Source of the DNA: Felis catus
Lineage: Eukaryota
NCBI RefSeq assembly: GCF_018350175.1
Contig: NC_058369.1
Coordinates: 19,842,001 to 19,906,000 of the forward strand
Reading direction: 5' to 3'
DNA length: 64,000 nucleotides
This document shows, piece by piece, positions 26,020-40,013 of this stretch. The translations under genes and the position numbers were made by a program. A model generated the notes under the pieces. The model was not told the origin of the DNA. It did no database searches and saw only the letters and a list, made by a program, of their open reading frames with translations. Within the stretch, counting starts at the first letter, position 1, and the number at the start of each line of letters is the position of its first letter.

Positions 26020-29000
26020 ATGACTCTACACCCGTATCTTTCTATAATAACACTGAATGTAAATGGATTAAATGCGCCAACCAAAAGACATAGGGTATCA
26101 GAATGGATAAAAAACAAGACCCATCTATTTGCTGTCTACAAGAGACTCATTTTAGACCTGAGGACACCTTTAGATTGAGAGTGAGGGGATGGAGAACTAT
26201 TTATCATGCGACTGGAAGCCAAAAGAAAGCTGGAGTAGCCATACTTATATCAGACAAACTAGACTTTAAATTAAAGGCTGTAACAAGAGATGGAGAAGGG
26301 CATTATATAATAATCACAGGGTCTATCCATCAGGAAGAGCTAACAATTATAAATGTCTATGCACCGAATACCGGAGCCCCCAAATATATAAAACAATTAC
26401 TCATAAACATAAGCAACCTTATTGAGAAGAATGTGGTAATTGCAGGGGACTTTAACACCCCACTTACAGAAATGGATAGATCATCTAGACACACAGTCAA
26501 TAAAGACACAAGGGCCCTGAATGAGACATTGGATCAGATGGACTTGACAGATATATTTAGAACTCTGCATCCCAAAGCAACAGAATATACTTTCTTCTCG
26601 AGTGCACATGCAACATTCTCCAAGATAGATCATATACTGGGTCACAAAACAGCCCTTCATAAGTTTACAAGAATTGAAATTATACCATGCTTACTTTCAG
26701 ACCACAATGCTATGAAGCTTGAAATCAACCACAGGAAAAAGTCTGGAAAACCTCCAAAAGCATGGAGGTTAAAGAACACCCTACTAACGAATGAGTGGGT
26801 CAACCAGGCAATTAGAGAAGAAATTAAAAAATATATGGAAACAAACGAAAATGAAAATACAACAATCCAAACGCTTTGGGACGCAGTGAAGGCAGTCCTG
26901 AGAGGAAAATACATTGCAATCCAGGCCTATCTCAAGAAACAAGAAAAATCCCAAATACAAAATCTAACAGCACACCTAAGGGAACTAGAAGCAGAACAGC
27001 AAAGGCAGCCTAAACCCAGCAGAAGAAGAGAAATAATAAAGATCAGAGCAGAAATAAACAATATAGAATCTAAAAAAAACTGTAGAGCAGATCAACGAAA
27101 CCAAGAGTTGGTTTTTTGAAAAAATAAACAAAATTGGCAAACCTCTCGCCAGGCTTCTCAAAAAGAAAAGGGAGATGACCCAAATAGATAAAATCATGAA
27201 TGAAAACGGAATTATTACAACCAATCCCTCAGAGATACAAACAATTATCAGGGAATACTATGAAAAATTATATGCCAACAAATTGGACAACCTGGAAGAA
27301 ATGGACAAATTCCTGAACACCCACACTCTTCCAAAACTCAATCAGGAGGAAATAGAAAGCTTGAACAGACCCATAACCAGCGAAGAAATTGAATCGGTTA
27401 TCAAAAACCTCCCAACAAATAAGAGTCCAGGACCAGATGGCTTCCCAGGGGAGTTCTACCAGACGTTTAAAGCAGAGACAATATCTATCCTTCTCAAGCT
27501 ATTCCAAGAAATAGAAAGGGAAGGAAAACTTCCAGACTCATTCTATGAAGCCAGTATTACTTTGATTCCTAAACCAGACAGAGACCCAGTAAAAAAAGAG
27601 AACTACAGGCCAATATCCCTGATGAATATGGATGCAAAAATTCTCAATAAGATACTAGCAAATCGAATTCAACGGCATATAAAAAGAATTATTCACCATG
27701 ATCAAGTGGGATTCATTCCTGGGATGCAGGGCTGGTTCAACATTCGCAAATCAATCAACGTGATACATCACATTAACAAAAAAAAAAAAAAAAGAAGAAC
27801 CATATGATCCTGTCAATCGATGCAGAAAAGGCCTTTGACAAAATCCAGCACCCTTTCTTAATAAAAACCCTTGAGAAAGTCGGGATAGAAGGAACATACT
27901 TAAAGATCATAAAAGCCATTTATGAAAAGCCCACAGCTAACATCATCCTCAACGGGGAAAAACTGAGAGCTTTTTCCCTGAGATCAGGAACACGACAAGG
28001 ATGCCCACTCTCACCGCTGCTGTTTAACATAGTGTTGGAAGTTCTAGCATCAGCAATCAGACAACAAAAGGAAATCAAAGGCATCAAAATTGGCAAAGAT
28101 GAAGTCAAGCTTTCGCTTTTTGCAGGTGACATGATATTATACATGGAAAATCCGATAGACTCCACCAAAAGTCTGCTAGAACTGATACAGGAATTCAGCA
28201 AAGTCGCAGGATACAAAATCAATGTACAGAAATCAGTTGCATTCTTATACACTAACAATGAAGCAACAGAAAGACAAATAAAGAAACTGATCCCATTCAC
28301 AATTGCACCAAGAAGCATAAAATACCTAGGAATAAATCTAACCAAAGATGTAAAGGATCTGTATGCTGAAAACTATAGAAAGCTTATGAAGGACATTGAA
28401 GAAGATTTAAAGAAATGGAAAGACATTCCCTGCTCATGGATTGGAAAAATAAATATTGTCAAAATGTCAATACTACCCAAAGCTATCTACACATTCAATG
28501 CAATCCCAATCAAAATTGCACCAGCATTCTTCTCGAAACTAGAACAAGCAATCCTAAAATTCATATGGAACCACAAAAGGCCCCGAATAGCCAAAGGAAT
28601 TTTGAAGAAGAAGACCAAAGCAGGAGGCATCACAATCCCAGCCTTTAGCCTCTACTACAAAGCTGTCATCATCAAGACAGCATGGTATTGGCACAAAAAC
28701 AGACACATAGACCAATGGAATAGAATAGAAACCCCAGAACTAGACCCACAAACGTATGGCCAATTCATCTTTGACAAAGCAGGAAAGAACATCCAATGGA
28801 AAAAAGACAGCCTCTTTAACAAATGGTGCTGGGAGAACTGGACAGCAACATGCAGAAGGTTGAAACTAGACCGCTTTCTCACACCATTCACAAAAATAAA
28901 CTCAAAATGGATAAAGGACCTAAATGTGAGACAGGAAACCATCAAAACCTTAGAGGAGAAAGCAGGAAAAGACCTCTCTGACCTCAGCCGTAGCAATCTC

Positions 29001-29848
29001 TTACTCGACACATCCCCAAAGGCAAGGGAATTAAAAGCAAAAGTGAATTACTGGGACCTTATGAAGATAAAAAGCTTCTGCACAGCAAAGGAAACAACCA
29101 GCAAAACTAAAAGGCAACCAACGGAATGGGAAAAGATATTTGCGAATGACATATCGGACAAAGGGTAGTATCCAAAATCTATAAAGAGCTCACCAAACTC
29201 CACACCCGAGAAACAAAAAACCCAGTGAAGAAATGGGCAGAAAACATGAATAGACACTTCTCTAAAGAAGACATCCGGATGGCCAACAGGCACATGAAAA
29301 GATGTTCAGCGTCACTCCTTATCAGGGAAATACAAATCAAAACCACACTCAGGTATCCCCTCACGCCAGTCAGAGTGGCCAAAATGAACAAATCAGGAGA
29401 CTATAGATGCTGGAGAGGATGTGGAGAAACGGGAACCCTCTTGCACTGTTGGTGGGAATGCAAATTGGTGCAGCCGCTCTGGAAAGCAGTGTGGAGGTTC
29501 CTCAGAAAATTAAAAATAGACCTACCCTATGACCCAGCGATAGCACTGCTAGGAATTTATCCAAGGGATACAGGAGTACTGATGCATAGGGCCACTTGGA
29601 CCCCAATGTTCATAGCAGCACTCTCAACAATAGCCAAATTATGGAAAGAGCCTAAATGTTCATCAACTGATGAATGGATAAAGAAATTGTGGTTTATATA
29701 CACAATGGAATATTACGTGGCAATGAGAAAAAATGAAATATGGCCTTTTGTAGCAACGTGGATGGAACTGGAGAGTGTAATGCTAAGTGAAATAAGCCAT
29801 ACAGAGAAAGACAGATACCACATGGTTTCACTCTTATGTGGATCCTGA
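26020..29848 (+). pseudogene. ORF2: L1 ORF2p (APE endonuclease + reverse transcriptase + C-domain), disrupted
   Basis: [37 protein letters not shown]; frameshifts near 26110, 27075, 27785 and 29165; catalytic FADD reads FAGD (GGT at 28125-28127). Confidence 0.93.
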
Positions 29849-31269
29849 GAAACTTAACAGGAACCCATGGGGGAGGGGAAGGAAAAAAAAAAAAGAGGTT
29901 AGAGTGGGAGAGAGCCAAAGCATAAGAGACTGTTAAAAACTGAGAACAAACTGAGGGTTGATGGGGGGTGGGAGGAAGGAGAGGGTGGGTGATGGGTATT
30001 GAGGAGGGCACCTTTTGCGATGAGCACTGGGTGTTGTATGGAAACCAATTTGTCAATAAATTTCATATAAAAAAAATAATAAGAGCACCTTGTAAAAGGT
30101 CAGAGAGGCATGGCCAAAATAAATAAAATCTAAGTCATGAACCAAAAAAAAAAAACAAAAAAAAAATAAATAAACGTTACAAAAATTAATTTTCATGATG
30201 TTTAAGGTTAAATAGAAGAAATACATTAATTTAAAGCTTGCCGTCCAATTTGGTTTTCTAAGTAAGTGAACTGAAGTCTTAATGTTTCAAAAGTGAGTTT
30301 TACAAAGTGATTTTTATTATCGTGCTGCTATAGGAGTAACCTCGTTCATTTAATAGACTTAACTCTCATAGTCAGAAACTAAAAAAGAATAATTAATTTG
30401 TATAAGCTTATTTTGTTAACTAGAATTTTGTGTTTAGGTGAGATATACTATTGTTTTTCATACTCATGACCCTCAAAGTAATGACATTTATTGATAGTTT
30501 ACCCATAGATTCTTTTTCATGGACATTTTATAAATTGAAGTTTTCATTGTGTCTCTGTGTAACCATCAAATACAGGAATCCGATATTTAGAATCTAAACA
30601 ATAAAATCATACACATCACTCATAGGAATATATAATTTACTCTGGATGTTCATGTGACCATATTTTATTCAATGACAAAGAAAAATGACAATTTAAGGAA
30701 AAGTGGGAATGAAGATTAAAACCAACTTTTATAAATGGGATTAATTTTAGTGTCATCTGAAAGTTTTCTGTTGTATTCCTATTTGTAACTAATAAGCACA
30801 CTATAAGTCTTATCCAATACCTGAGCACCTACTCTGCAGATAATTTACATTCAGTTCCTGCCTTCAGGAAGCCCACATTCTTACTAGAGAGATCAGTACA
30901 CAGATAATAGTGTTGTGTGATAAAAGCTGTGAAAGAGGTCTGAGGTAAGGACTCTGGGAAATACAGGTGGGGGGAATTTGATTGTGTCTGGAGGTGATAA
31001 AAAAGGATACCAAAAGAAGTTTTCTAGATAGTTTTATCTATGAACTTTCTCATAGATAATTAGAATTCTGACTAGTAGAGAAAACAGGAAATTTTCCAAG
31101 CAGAAGGAACATGAGGATGTGAAAGTACATGGATATTCAGAAGATTATAGATGGTTTTATGTAGCATAATTTTTGATAAATGAAAGGAAAACAAAGTTTA
31201 TCATACTATTTAGGTTTTCTATTTGTCTGGAATAGATTTTTTCAGTTACTATTGTAAGTAGTGTTCGTT

Positions 31270-31677
31270 TATTTTTTTTCTTTTTAAATGTGTATTTAAA
31301 TTTTAGTTAATGTACTGTGCAGTATTGGTTTCAGGAATAGAATTCAGTGATTAATCATTTACAACACCCTGTGCTCATCATAGCTAGTGCTCTCCTTAAT
31401 ATCCATTGCCCATCTATCCTGTCCCCTCCCCCCCTCCCTCCCTCCATCAACCCTCAGTTCTCTATCATTAAGAGTCTCTAACGGTTTGTTTCCCTCTTTT
31501 TTCCCCCTCCCATATGTTCATGTTTTGTTTCTTAAACTCCATATATGAGTGAAATCATACAGTATTTGTCTTTCTCTGACTGACTTATTTCACTTAGCAT
31601 TATACTCTCTAGCTCCATCCACATTGTTGCAAATGACAAGATTTCATTCTTTTTGATGGCTGAGTAATATTCCATTG
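31270..31677 (-). mobile_element. truncated L1 3' end
   Basis: ggtttcaggaatagaattcagtgatt...atatgagtgaaatcatacagtatttgtc...ggctgagtaatattccattg. Confidence 0.87.
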
Positions 31678-31776
31678 CACAAGAACCCAGGAAAATCTAA
31701 AGTGGTCAGGCTGCAAAAAGATTGGGCCTTTGGTTTTGGTTTGGACCTAAAATGGTTCTGGGAACTCCATTGGCTT

Positions 31777-31996
31777 AAAATTTTTTTTAATGCTTTTTTT
31801 TTTTTTTTTTTTTTTGAGACAGAGAAACAGAGCATGAGCAGGGGAGGGGCAGAGAGAAGGAGACACAGAATCCAAAGCAGGCTCCAGGCTCTGAGCTGTC
31901 AGCACAATTCCTGACATGGGGCTCGAACTCATGGATTGCAAGATCATGACCTGAGCTGAAGTCGGATGCTTAACCGACTGAGCCACCCAGGCGCCC
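31777..31996 (-). mobile_element. CanSINE
   Basis: TSD ctgggaactccattggctt at 31758-31776 and 31997-32015. Confidence 0.95.
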
Positions 31997-33309
31997 CTGG
32001 GAACTCCATTGGCTTTGAATGTTGGAGTTCCTCCAGACTCAGTCCTATGCCCCCTTTTCTTCTCCTCACTACTTTCTTCCTAGGTCATACCCACAGCTTC
32101 AGTATCTATCTACCAGTGTCTACCAGAAATTTATCTCTGGCCTTGACTTCTCTTCTGACATTTAGACCCATATATCTATCTGCCTTCTTGCCACCACTAA
32201 ATTTAATAACCATGGCTGTTTTACAGTCTGTCTGATAATTCTAGTAACTCAAGTCTGTTTCTGATGTTTGGTGTTCTATTACTTATTTTACCCTGGTACG
32301 CTATGTTTGGATATCTGGCTATGTTGCTCATTTTTTTGAAATTGAATTTGTAGAGGTACTTTGAAGGGTAAGGTAGAAGAGCCTTCCTCTGCAGAGAATT
32401 TGCGTTTATTTCGGCTAGATCTAGGAATACTAGTCTGGAACCACTTTTAACAGAAATAAAATTGAGATGTTTTTGGACTACACCAGGATGCACATTGAAT
32501 ATAAAATTCACAGAAAGGCACTGCAGTAGTGATTATAATCTTTAGGGAAAGGTTCCCTACTCCATCTTCTTTAGCAGTAGACCATCTCCTTAGTCCTGTG
32601 GAATGATATGGCTTCTTCTAATTTCTTTATATCCAGAGTGTAGCCTTTTGAGGTTTTAGTTTAATGTGGGAGTATCTCCCATTAGGTTCTTCACTTGGGT
32701 GAGTTCTCACATGTGTCTTCCTAGCCTGAATAGACTGTCAAAGCTGTGGTTTTGCCTAGATTAACAATTGTCCTTCAGGGAGACGTAGTTTTGGTTTCTT
32801 AGCTTCTTTCTTTGAGTTTTTACTTTCTTTCAAAATTAGGCTTAATAATTCTTTATCATAATATTGGCTCTTTGATGCTTTTAAGAAACGGGATTTCTGA
32901 AATATTTTATGTAGTAATTTTAGATATTTTTAGAAAGAAGATTTAAATAACCTAGCCTAGAATAACTGGAATTGGAAACCTTCCTACTTATCATCTCTCA
33001 GAGATTGTCTCAAGGCACCTCAAACCTGGCACTTCCAAAAGAACACTCCCAGCCTCCTCTGTTCCTCTACCTTGGTCTTTCTCCATTGTTTATCAGCCTA
33101 TCTGTGCATATGAAAAATCCATATGAACTCATCATCTAGTTTTCCATTTTCTTGCTACTAAATATCTTTTTAATCTTTCCACCTCCATCGCTTCCATTCT
33201 GATCCATCATTTCTCACCAGTTAAACTGTAGTAGAATGTACACCTCCGTTTTTAGGGTCTTGTATTTTGGTTTTCATAGTATAGCCAAAATTACCCTTTA
33301 AAAATTGAT

Positions 33310-33688
33310 GTAAATAAAACAAAACAAAACTTCTAATACATGAAAAAGATTGGTAGTTACTAGAGGGGGGAGGGACATTGGGAGAGGGTGAAATGGGTGA
33401 AGGCGGTCCAGAGGTACAAACTTCCAGTTATAAAATAAGTAAACTATGGGGATGTACAGCATGGTGACTATAGTCAATAATACTGTATTGCACACTTGAA
33501 AGTTGCTAACAGGGTAAATCTTAAAAGTTCTCATCACAAGAAAAAAATTTTTGTAATTTTGTGTGATGACAGATGGTAACTAGACTTACTGTGGTGATCA
33601 CTTTACAATGTATACAAATACTGAATCATTGTGTTGTATACCTGAAACTAACATAATGTTATATATCAGTTATACTTCAGTTAAAAAA
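33310..33688 (+). mobile_element. truncated L1 3' end (L1MA/carnivore-like)
   Basis: gattggtagttactagaggg...aaagttctcatcacaagaaaaa...gttgtatacctgaaactaacataatgttatatatcagttatacttc. Confidence 0.85.
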
Positions 33689-33689
33689 T

Positions 33690-34650
33690 TGATTTGATCA
33701 TGAAATTGCCCTGCTTAAAATCCTTTATTAGCTTACCATAATTTTCAGAACAGACACCCACATCTTTATTGTTGTTGATCAGGCCTTATAGGGTCTGATC
33801 TGTGCTGCCCCTAGCCACAAGGTCTTGATGGAAGGTCTGTGTAATATATGACTAGAAGAAGCTATTGGTCCCAGGTTATGAAATTGCTTTTTATTTTTTA
33901 AGGCTGTGGGAAGCCACCAAAGTTTTTTTAAGCAATGGAAGGGTATAATAATATCTGCTTTTACAGCACTGATGATGGAGTGGAGTGGCAAGGCTGAGGA
34001 ATCTGTGAAGGTGAGAAATACTATAAGCCTGGGCCAGAAGAATGGCAGAGGTTGCATACAAGAAAAACTTTAAAGTGGAATTAGTGAGATCCAGCAACTT
34101 GCTGTATGTGGTTGATAAGTCAAAGAAAATTATAGGAAGATATTTCACATGTAAATTTATGAAACAGTCACTATATATTGGACACTGTTACAAACACTTT
34201 AGTATATTCTCTTTTATTCCTCACAGTCACCCTGTGACATAGGTATTATTGGTATCTTCAGCTTTTCAGTAAATTCTGACATGGAGAGATTAATTACTTT
34301 TCCCATTTGGCACAGCTGTTGAGCAATTGAGATGTTTCAAACCAGACAGTGTGATTTCAAACCTGTGCTATTTCTCACCCGAGAAATCCAGTGGACTGTA
34401 GTTGTGTTAGCTAAAACACAAAACATAAGAAGGGGAGCAGACTTTGAGGAACTGGTGTATATATGTCTGAAAATAAGGAAGAAAGGGAAAATAGATTAGT
34501 TTGTTTCTGGGCATTGAGGAGAAGATCTCTGTAAACATTTGAAAATGTGGGAGTGGATTTTCAGAGGGAGAGTGGAATTGGAGAATGAGGTTGTACAGTC
34601 ATTAGTGATGTTTAGAGCCACAGAAGGTCCCAAAATTATCTGAGGAAGAA
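33690..34650. mobile_element. ancient L2/MIR remnants
   Basis: MIR-like core (ttattcctcacagtcaccctgtgacataggtattatt) and L2-like purine-rich flanks. Confidence 0.45.
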
Positions 34651-37600
34651 GTGTGATCTCATAGAGATACTGTAGCTTTTAATACCTTCTTCACTTCACA
34701 TACTCATATAACACCTTTGAAGAGCACTTAGCACAGTACTTGAAGCATTCTGAGAGATTAATAAATGTTACCTGTTATTATTGTATAGCATATAAAAGTA
34801 TGGGAAGCAACAAAAACTTTGACATTTGTGTAATTTACTTAAATTGATTTATGATGGTATCTTAGGCATGTTGTGAAAGATCAGGCTTTCCATAGAATAT
34901 AAATGCCTCTGTATTCCTGAAACAGCAAAAAGGGTTTGGACTGTTATCTTTAGGATTATTTTTTATATAGCATTCTGTATTGATGTACACAACTGTTACT
35001 GTCACTTGTTAACATTCTCAGTAGAACGACTATGCTCCTTCAGGGATTAAATTAGTCAGTTGATTTAAATGGCCTCTGACATCTGTGATAAAGAACCTGA
35101 GTTAGAACTTTTTGACAGGGGAATGACTGATGTTATTTTTTGTTTTAAACAGATTCAGGTATGGAATTTTTTTTGGCTGTTTAATGAGTGCCACCTATAA
35201 AGTTTATTTAATATTTAATGAAGAGGCACAGTTCTTAGCATTTATGCTCTGAAATGTTACTTGTGTTCTGAATTCCTGCTCATCGTTCACATGGCTTTGT
35301 TCAGTTTAACATGTGCTGAAAAGGTGGAGATCAGGTTACTTAAGAAACTACCAAAGAACCTAAAGTATGGAGTCTGTGATTAGGGGATGTGGAAGGCGTA
35401 TTTTTAAGGACTTGGTGAAGCAAATAGGATTGCTGAACCAGCTATGACTGAAGCAACATCAGGAAACTATTAGGTCTACAGCAAAAAATAATTTGTGATC
35501 GGCCATTATTTCTTGAGCTCCTCCTCTTCTGTGGTCTGTGTTTTGCAGTTGGTGAAAAGGGACAGGGTAGAGTATAGAGAATGCACTTAAGTATAAAATA
35601 TGGCCCTAGACTTCCAGATACTTACAGGCCTTGGGGGAAGTAAAGGTTCACACAGGAGAGGTGATAAAGGGCAATTAAAAAAAATTCTACCTACTCCCTA
35701 ATGCAGTGAGTACTAGGTCTTGAAAGTTGGAGGTAAATGAGGACAGTTCAGGAAGGATGGTCAAGAAAAGAAAGTAAATTTAAAAGATAGGATCACTGCA
35801 GGGTAGGAACATAATAGGGAGGAAGTGTTCCAACCTAGATAAATTGGGCAGAGTCTCAGAATGTCAGGCATTGGTCTTAGGAATAAGACCAATATGGTGC
35901 ATCAATTTATTTAGTCATTGTTCTCTCACTAATTCTCTCATTGTTCTCTCCTGTTTGCATGAATATATGCAGGATGTTGAGACCACACCTAATATCCATT
36001 AACAACAATAGTTAGTTTTAGGTATCACTGCCAGTGTAGGTATCTTTGTAAGGAATTTATTTTAATAACATTGCTAAAGTTACCAGAAATGTATTAAGAA
36101 ACCAAAATTTCTTATAACTCAATGAAGGCAGTTTTGTAGAAGTCAGGTTTGAGAAGTGGGCATATAAAAATATCAGCCTGAAACTTAGTTTAAACATTGC
36201 TGACTACACATATATGTAGCCATCCTGATTCTAAACAGTTAAAAAGTGGGGGAGATACTATAGCTTTTAATACCACCTTCACTTGGAGGTACAATTTCTT
36301 CTTTACATTCTCAAGAGAGCTCTGTGTTTTCTGGCCTTTGACAATTGTATCATTATGCCTTTTCTTCTTTGAGAACAAGTAGGCTCTAATAGACACAAGG
36401 CTGGTTATCTAGTTGACCAGGAGTTGCACCTAAGACTTTCAGACAACTAACAGGCAAACATATCCTGAAGGAGGTGGACTCTGGCTGGCATCTGTGTAAC
36501 CCCCAGGGACCTTCAGCTGATTTTTGTCACGCTCATATTTGTATACACAGACTCACAAACAAACATTAATGCCCACAAATGTTAGTTTGCTTCACTTTTC
36601 CACTTTTTGCCATTGTCTTAGTCTATAAATGAAAGAGTTATTTGCCTATTTTTTCTGCATCACAGTGGTTACCTTTTCTGAAACAAACAAACACAGCTCC
36701 ATGTCTTACGTATTGTATAGCAGAATGATTTTAAAGTTCCTGGATGAATTTTGGCCAGAACAAAAAGCAGTACTAAATAACAGCTATTTATGGTATTTTT
36801 CTAAATGCCAGTAGCAAGATTTTTATATGGGCATTTCATTAAAAAAACAAGTACAACTACCAGTAAATATATGAAAACATGCCCAAACATACATACAAGT
36901 AAATACAAACTAAGAAGAGATACAAACTTTCACTTATCAGATTGACAAAACTAAAAAGATTGACAATACCCAGTGTTTGATATTGATGTAGATATAGCCA
37001 TTTTGGAGTAAAATTTGACAATATCTTTCAATCTGTTAAATGTTAAATGTGCACACCATTCTACAAAGCAGGTCCACTTCTAAGATTATGGCACAGATAT
37101 GCCTTCCCTGGATCACTAAGACACAAGAATGTCTGTGGTACCATCATTGCTAATTGTAGAAGATAGGAACAACCAAAAGTCTTCAGCATGGACTAATAAT
37201 TAAAAGAATTGTGTTGTATTCATTCATTTGATAAAGTTAAAAAAAAATAATCTCATATGCCCTCTCAGGAAGTTTTCCTCCTAGTCTTTTTTTTTAATCT
37301 GTAATTCCTTTTTCCTCCTCATTCTCTAAGGCATAGATAATTTTTCAGTAAGCCCCATTATTTCTATCTTTATATCTTGAGTCTCTCAATTTCTCTCCAT
37401 CTCTACTTTTTTTCTCACTGATTTGATTGTTTGTTTTTAATGTTTCAAGTTTTTACTTAAATTCTAGTTAACATATAGTGTAATATTAGTTTCAAGAGTA
37501 GAATTTAGTGATTCATCACTAACATATAGCACTCAGTTTCATCACAATAAGTGCCGTCTTTTTTAAATTAATTAACTTAAATTCAAGGTAGTTATAGTAT

Positions 37601-39129
37601 TGTATAGAATTGGTTTCCAGAGTAGAACTCAGTGATTCATTGCTTAAGTAAAACACCCAAGCGCTCATCCCAACAAGTGCCCTCCTTAATGCCCATCGCC
37701 CATTTAGCTCAGCCCCCCTACCCAATGTCCTCTCCAGTAACCCTCAGTTTGTTCTCTGTATTTGAGAGTTTCTTATGGTTTGCCTCCCTCATGTTTTTAT
37801 CTTATTTTTCCTTCCCTTCCCCTATGTTCTTCTGTTGTGTTTCTTAAAATCAACATGAGTGAAATCATATGATATTTGTCTCTGACTGACTTATCTCGCT
37901 TAGCATAACACACTCTAGTTGCATCCATGTTGTAGCAAATTTTTGATAGCCAAGTGGCATTCCATTATATATATATACCACATCTTTATCCATTCATCAG
38001 TTGATGGACATTTGGGCTTTTTCCATAATTTGGCTGTTGTTGGTAGTACTATGAACGTTGGGGTGTATGTGCCCTCTTTAAATCAGCATTTTTGTATCCT
38101 TTGGATAAATACCTAGTAGTGCAATGGCTATATCATAGGGTAGTTCTATTTTTAATTTTTTAAGGAACCTCCATACTGTTTTCCACAGTGGCTGCACCAG
38201 TTTGCATTCCCACAAATAGCGCAAAAGGGTTCTCTTTCCACATCCTTGCCAACACCTGTTGTTCCTGAGTTGTTTATTTTAGCCATTCTGACAGTGTGAA
38301 GTGGTATCTCATTGTGGTTTTGATTTATATTTGCCTGATAATGAGTGATGTTGAGCATCATTTCATACGTCTGTTTTTTATCTGGGTGTCTTCTTTGGAA
38401 AAGTGTCTGTTCATGTCCTCTGCCCATTTCTTCACTGGATTATTTGTTTTTTGGGTATTGAGTTTGCTAAGTTCTTTATAGATTTTGGATACTAACCCTT
38501 TATCCAATATGTCATTTGCAGACATCTTCTCGCATTCTGTAGGCTGTCTTTTAGTTTTGTTGATTGTTTCCTTTGCTGTGCACAAGCTTTTTATCTTGAT
38601 GAGGTCCCAATAGTTCATTTTTGCTTCTCTTTCCCTTGTCTCCGGAGACATGTTTAGTAAGAAGTTGCTGTGGCTGAGGTCAAAGAGGTTGTTGCATATT
38701 TTATCCTCTAGGATTCAGATGGTTTTGTCTCTCACATTTAGGTCTTTAATCCATTTTGGATTTATTTTTGTGTATGGTGTAAGAAAGGGGGCTTATATCA
38801 TTCTGTATGTTTCTGTCCAGTTTTCCCAACACAATTTGCTGAAGAGACTGTCTTTTCCCCATTCAATACTCTTTCCTGCTTTGTCAAAGGTTGGTTGGCC
38901 ATTCATTTGTGGGTTCTCTATTCTATTTCATTGATCTATGTGTCTGTGTTTGTGTCAGTACCATACTATCTTGATGATTATAGCTTTGTTAATATAGCTT
39001 GAAGTCCAGAATTGTGATGCCTCCAGCTTGGGTTTTCTTGTTCAACATTACTTTGGCTATTCAGGATTTTCTCTGGTTCCATACAAATTTTACAATTGTT
39101 TGTTCTAGCTCTGTGAAGAGTGCTGGTGT

Positions 39130-39163
39130 TTTTTAAAATTTTATTTATTTATTTTAAGAGAGC

Positions 39164-39201
<38 letters not shown>

Positions 39202-39360
39202 GGGAGGGAGGGAGGGAAGGAGGAGGGGCAGAGAGAGGGTAGAGAGAGAATCCCAAGCAGGCTCTTTACTGCCAGTGAACTCACAAACTGTGAGATCATG
39301 TCCTGAACTGAGATCAAGAGTTGGACACTTAAGCAACCAACTGAGCCACCCAGGTGCCTC
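39130..39360 (-). mobile_element. CanSINE
   Basis: (GA)n/(GGGA)n tract and SINE head; TSD-like atgctg(gt/cg)gtt. Confidence 0.9.
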
Positions 39361-39716
39361 AGATGCTGCGTTATTTTGATAGAGATTGCATTGAATGTGT
39401 AAATTGCTTTGGGTGGTAAAGACATTTTAGCAATATGTGTTCTTCTAATCCATGGCCATGGAATGTTTTTTCATTTCTTTATCCTCTTCAATTTCTTTCA
39501 TAAGTTTTCTAGCTTTCAGTGTATAGATCTTTTACTTCTTTGGTTAGGTTTATTCCTAAGTATATTATGGTTTTGGTGCAATTGTAAATGGGGATTGATT
39601 CCTTGATTTCTCTTTCTGCTGCTTCCCTTTTGGTATATAGAAATGCAACCAATTTCTGTATATTGACTTTATATCCTGCACCTTTGCTGAATTCACCTAT
39701 CAGTTCTAGAAATTTT

Positions 39717-40013
39717 GTTGGTTTTGTTTTGTTTTTTAAACTCAGGGAACTAATCATCATGCTTTACTTAGATCTTGAGGCCCCTGGTCTACCTTTAAAA
39801 ATTTTTTAAATTTAATGTTGATTTTTTTAATGTTTGTTTATTTTTGAGAGAGAGTGCATGAGCAGAGGAGGGGCAGAGAGAGAGGGGACAGAGGATCTGA
39901 AGTGGGCTCTGTACTGACAGCAATGAGCTGAATGCGGGCTTGAACTCACAAACCATGAGATCATGACCTGAGCCAAAGTTGGGTGCTCAACAGACTGAGC
40001 CACCCAGGTGCCC
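39717..40013 (-). mobile_element. CanSINE with extra ~60-nt unique 3' segment inside its TSD
   Basis: TSD cagttctag(aaa/cag)tttt at 39701-39716 and 40014-40029. Confidence 0.88.

Larger units (their letters stand above)
24146..30162 (+). mobile_element. full-length young felid LINE-1 (L1_Fc-like) with 3' transduction (copy A)
   Basis: GC-rich 5'UTR, ORF1, 50-nt spacer, ORF2, G-rich 3'UTR, AATAAA at 30055; TSD aaaataaataaac at 24133-24145 and 30163-30175. Confidence 0.97.

Noticed and set aside
27920..29011. Antisense ORFs (141 and 118 aa) repeated at 43919-45010
   Set aside because: Antisense shadows of L1 ORF2, repeated only because the two L1s are near-identical.
29950..30000. G-rich tract with G-quadruplex potential
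   Set aside because: A standard feature of L1 3'UTRs, not novel.
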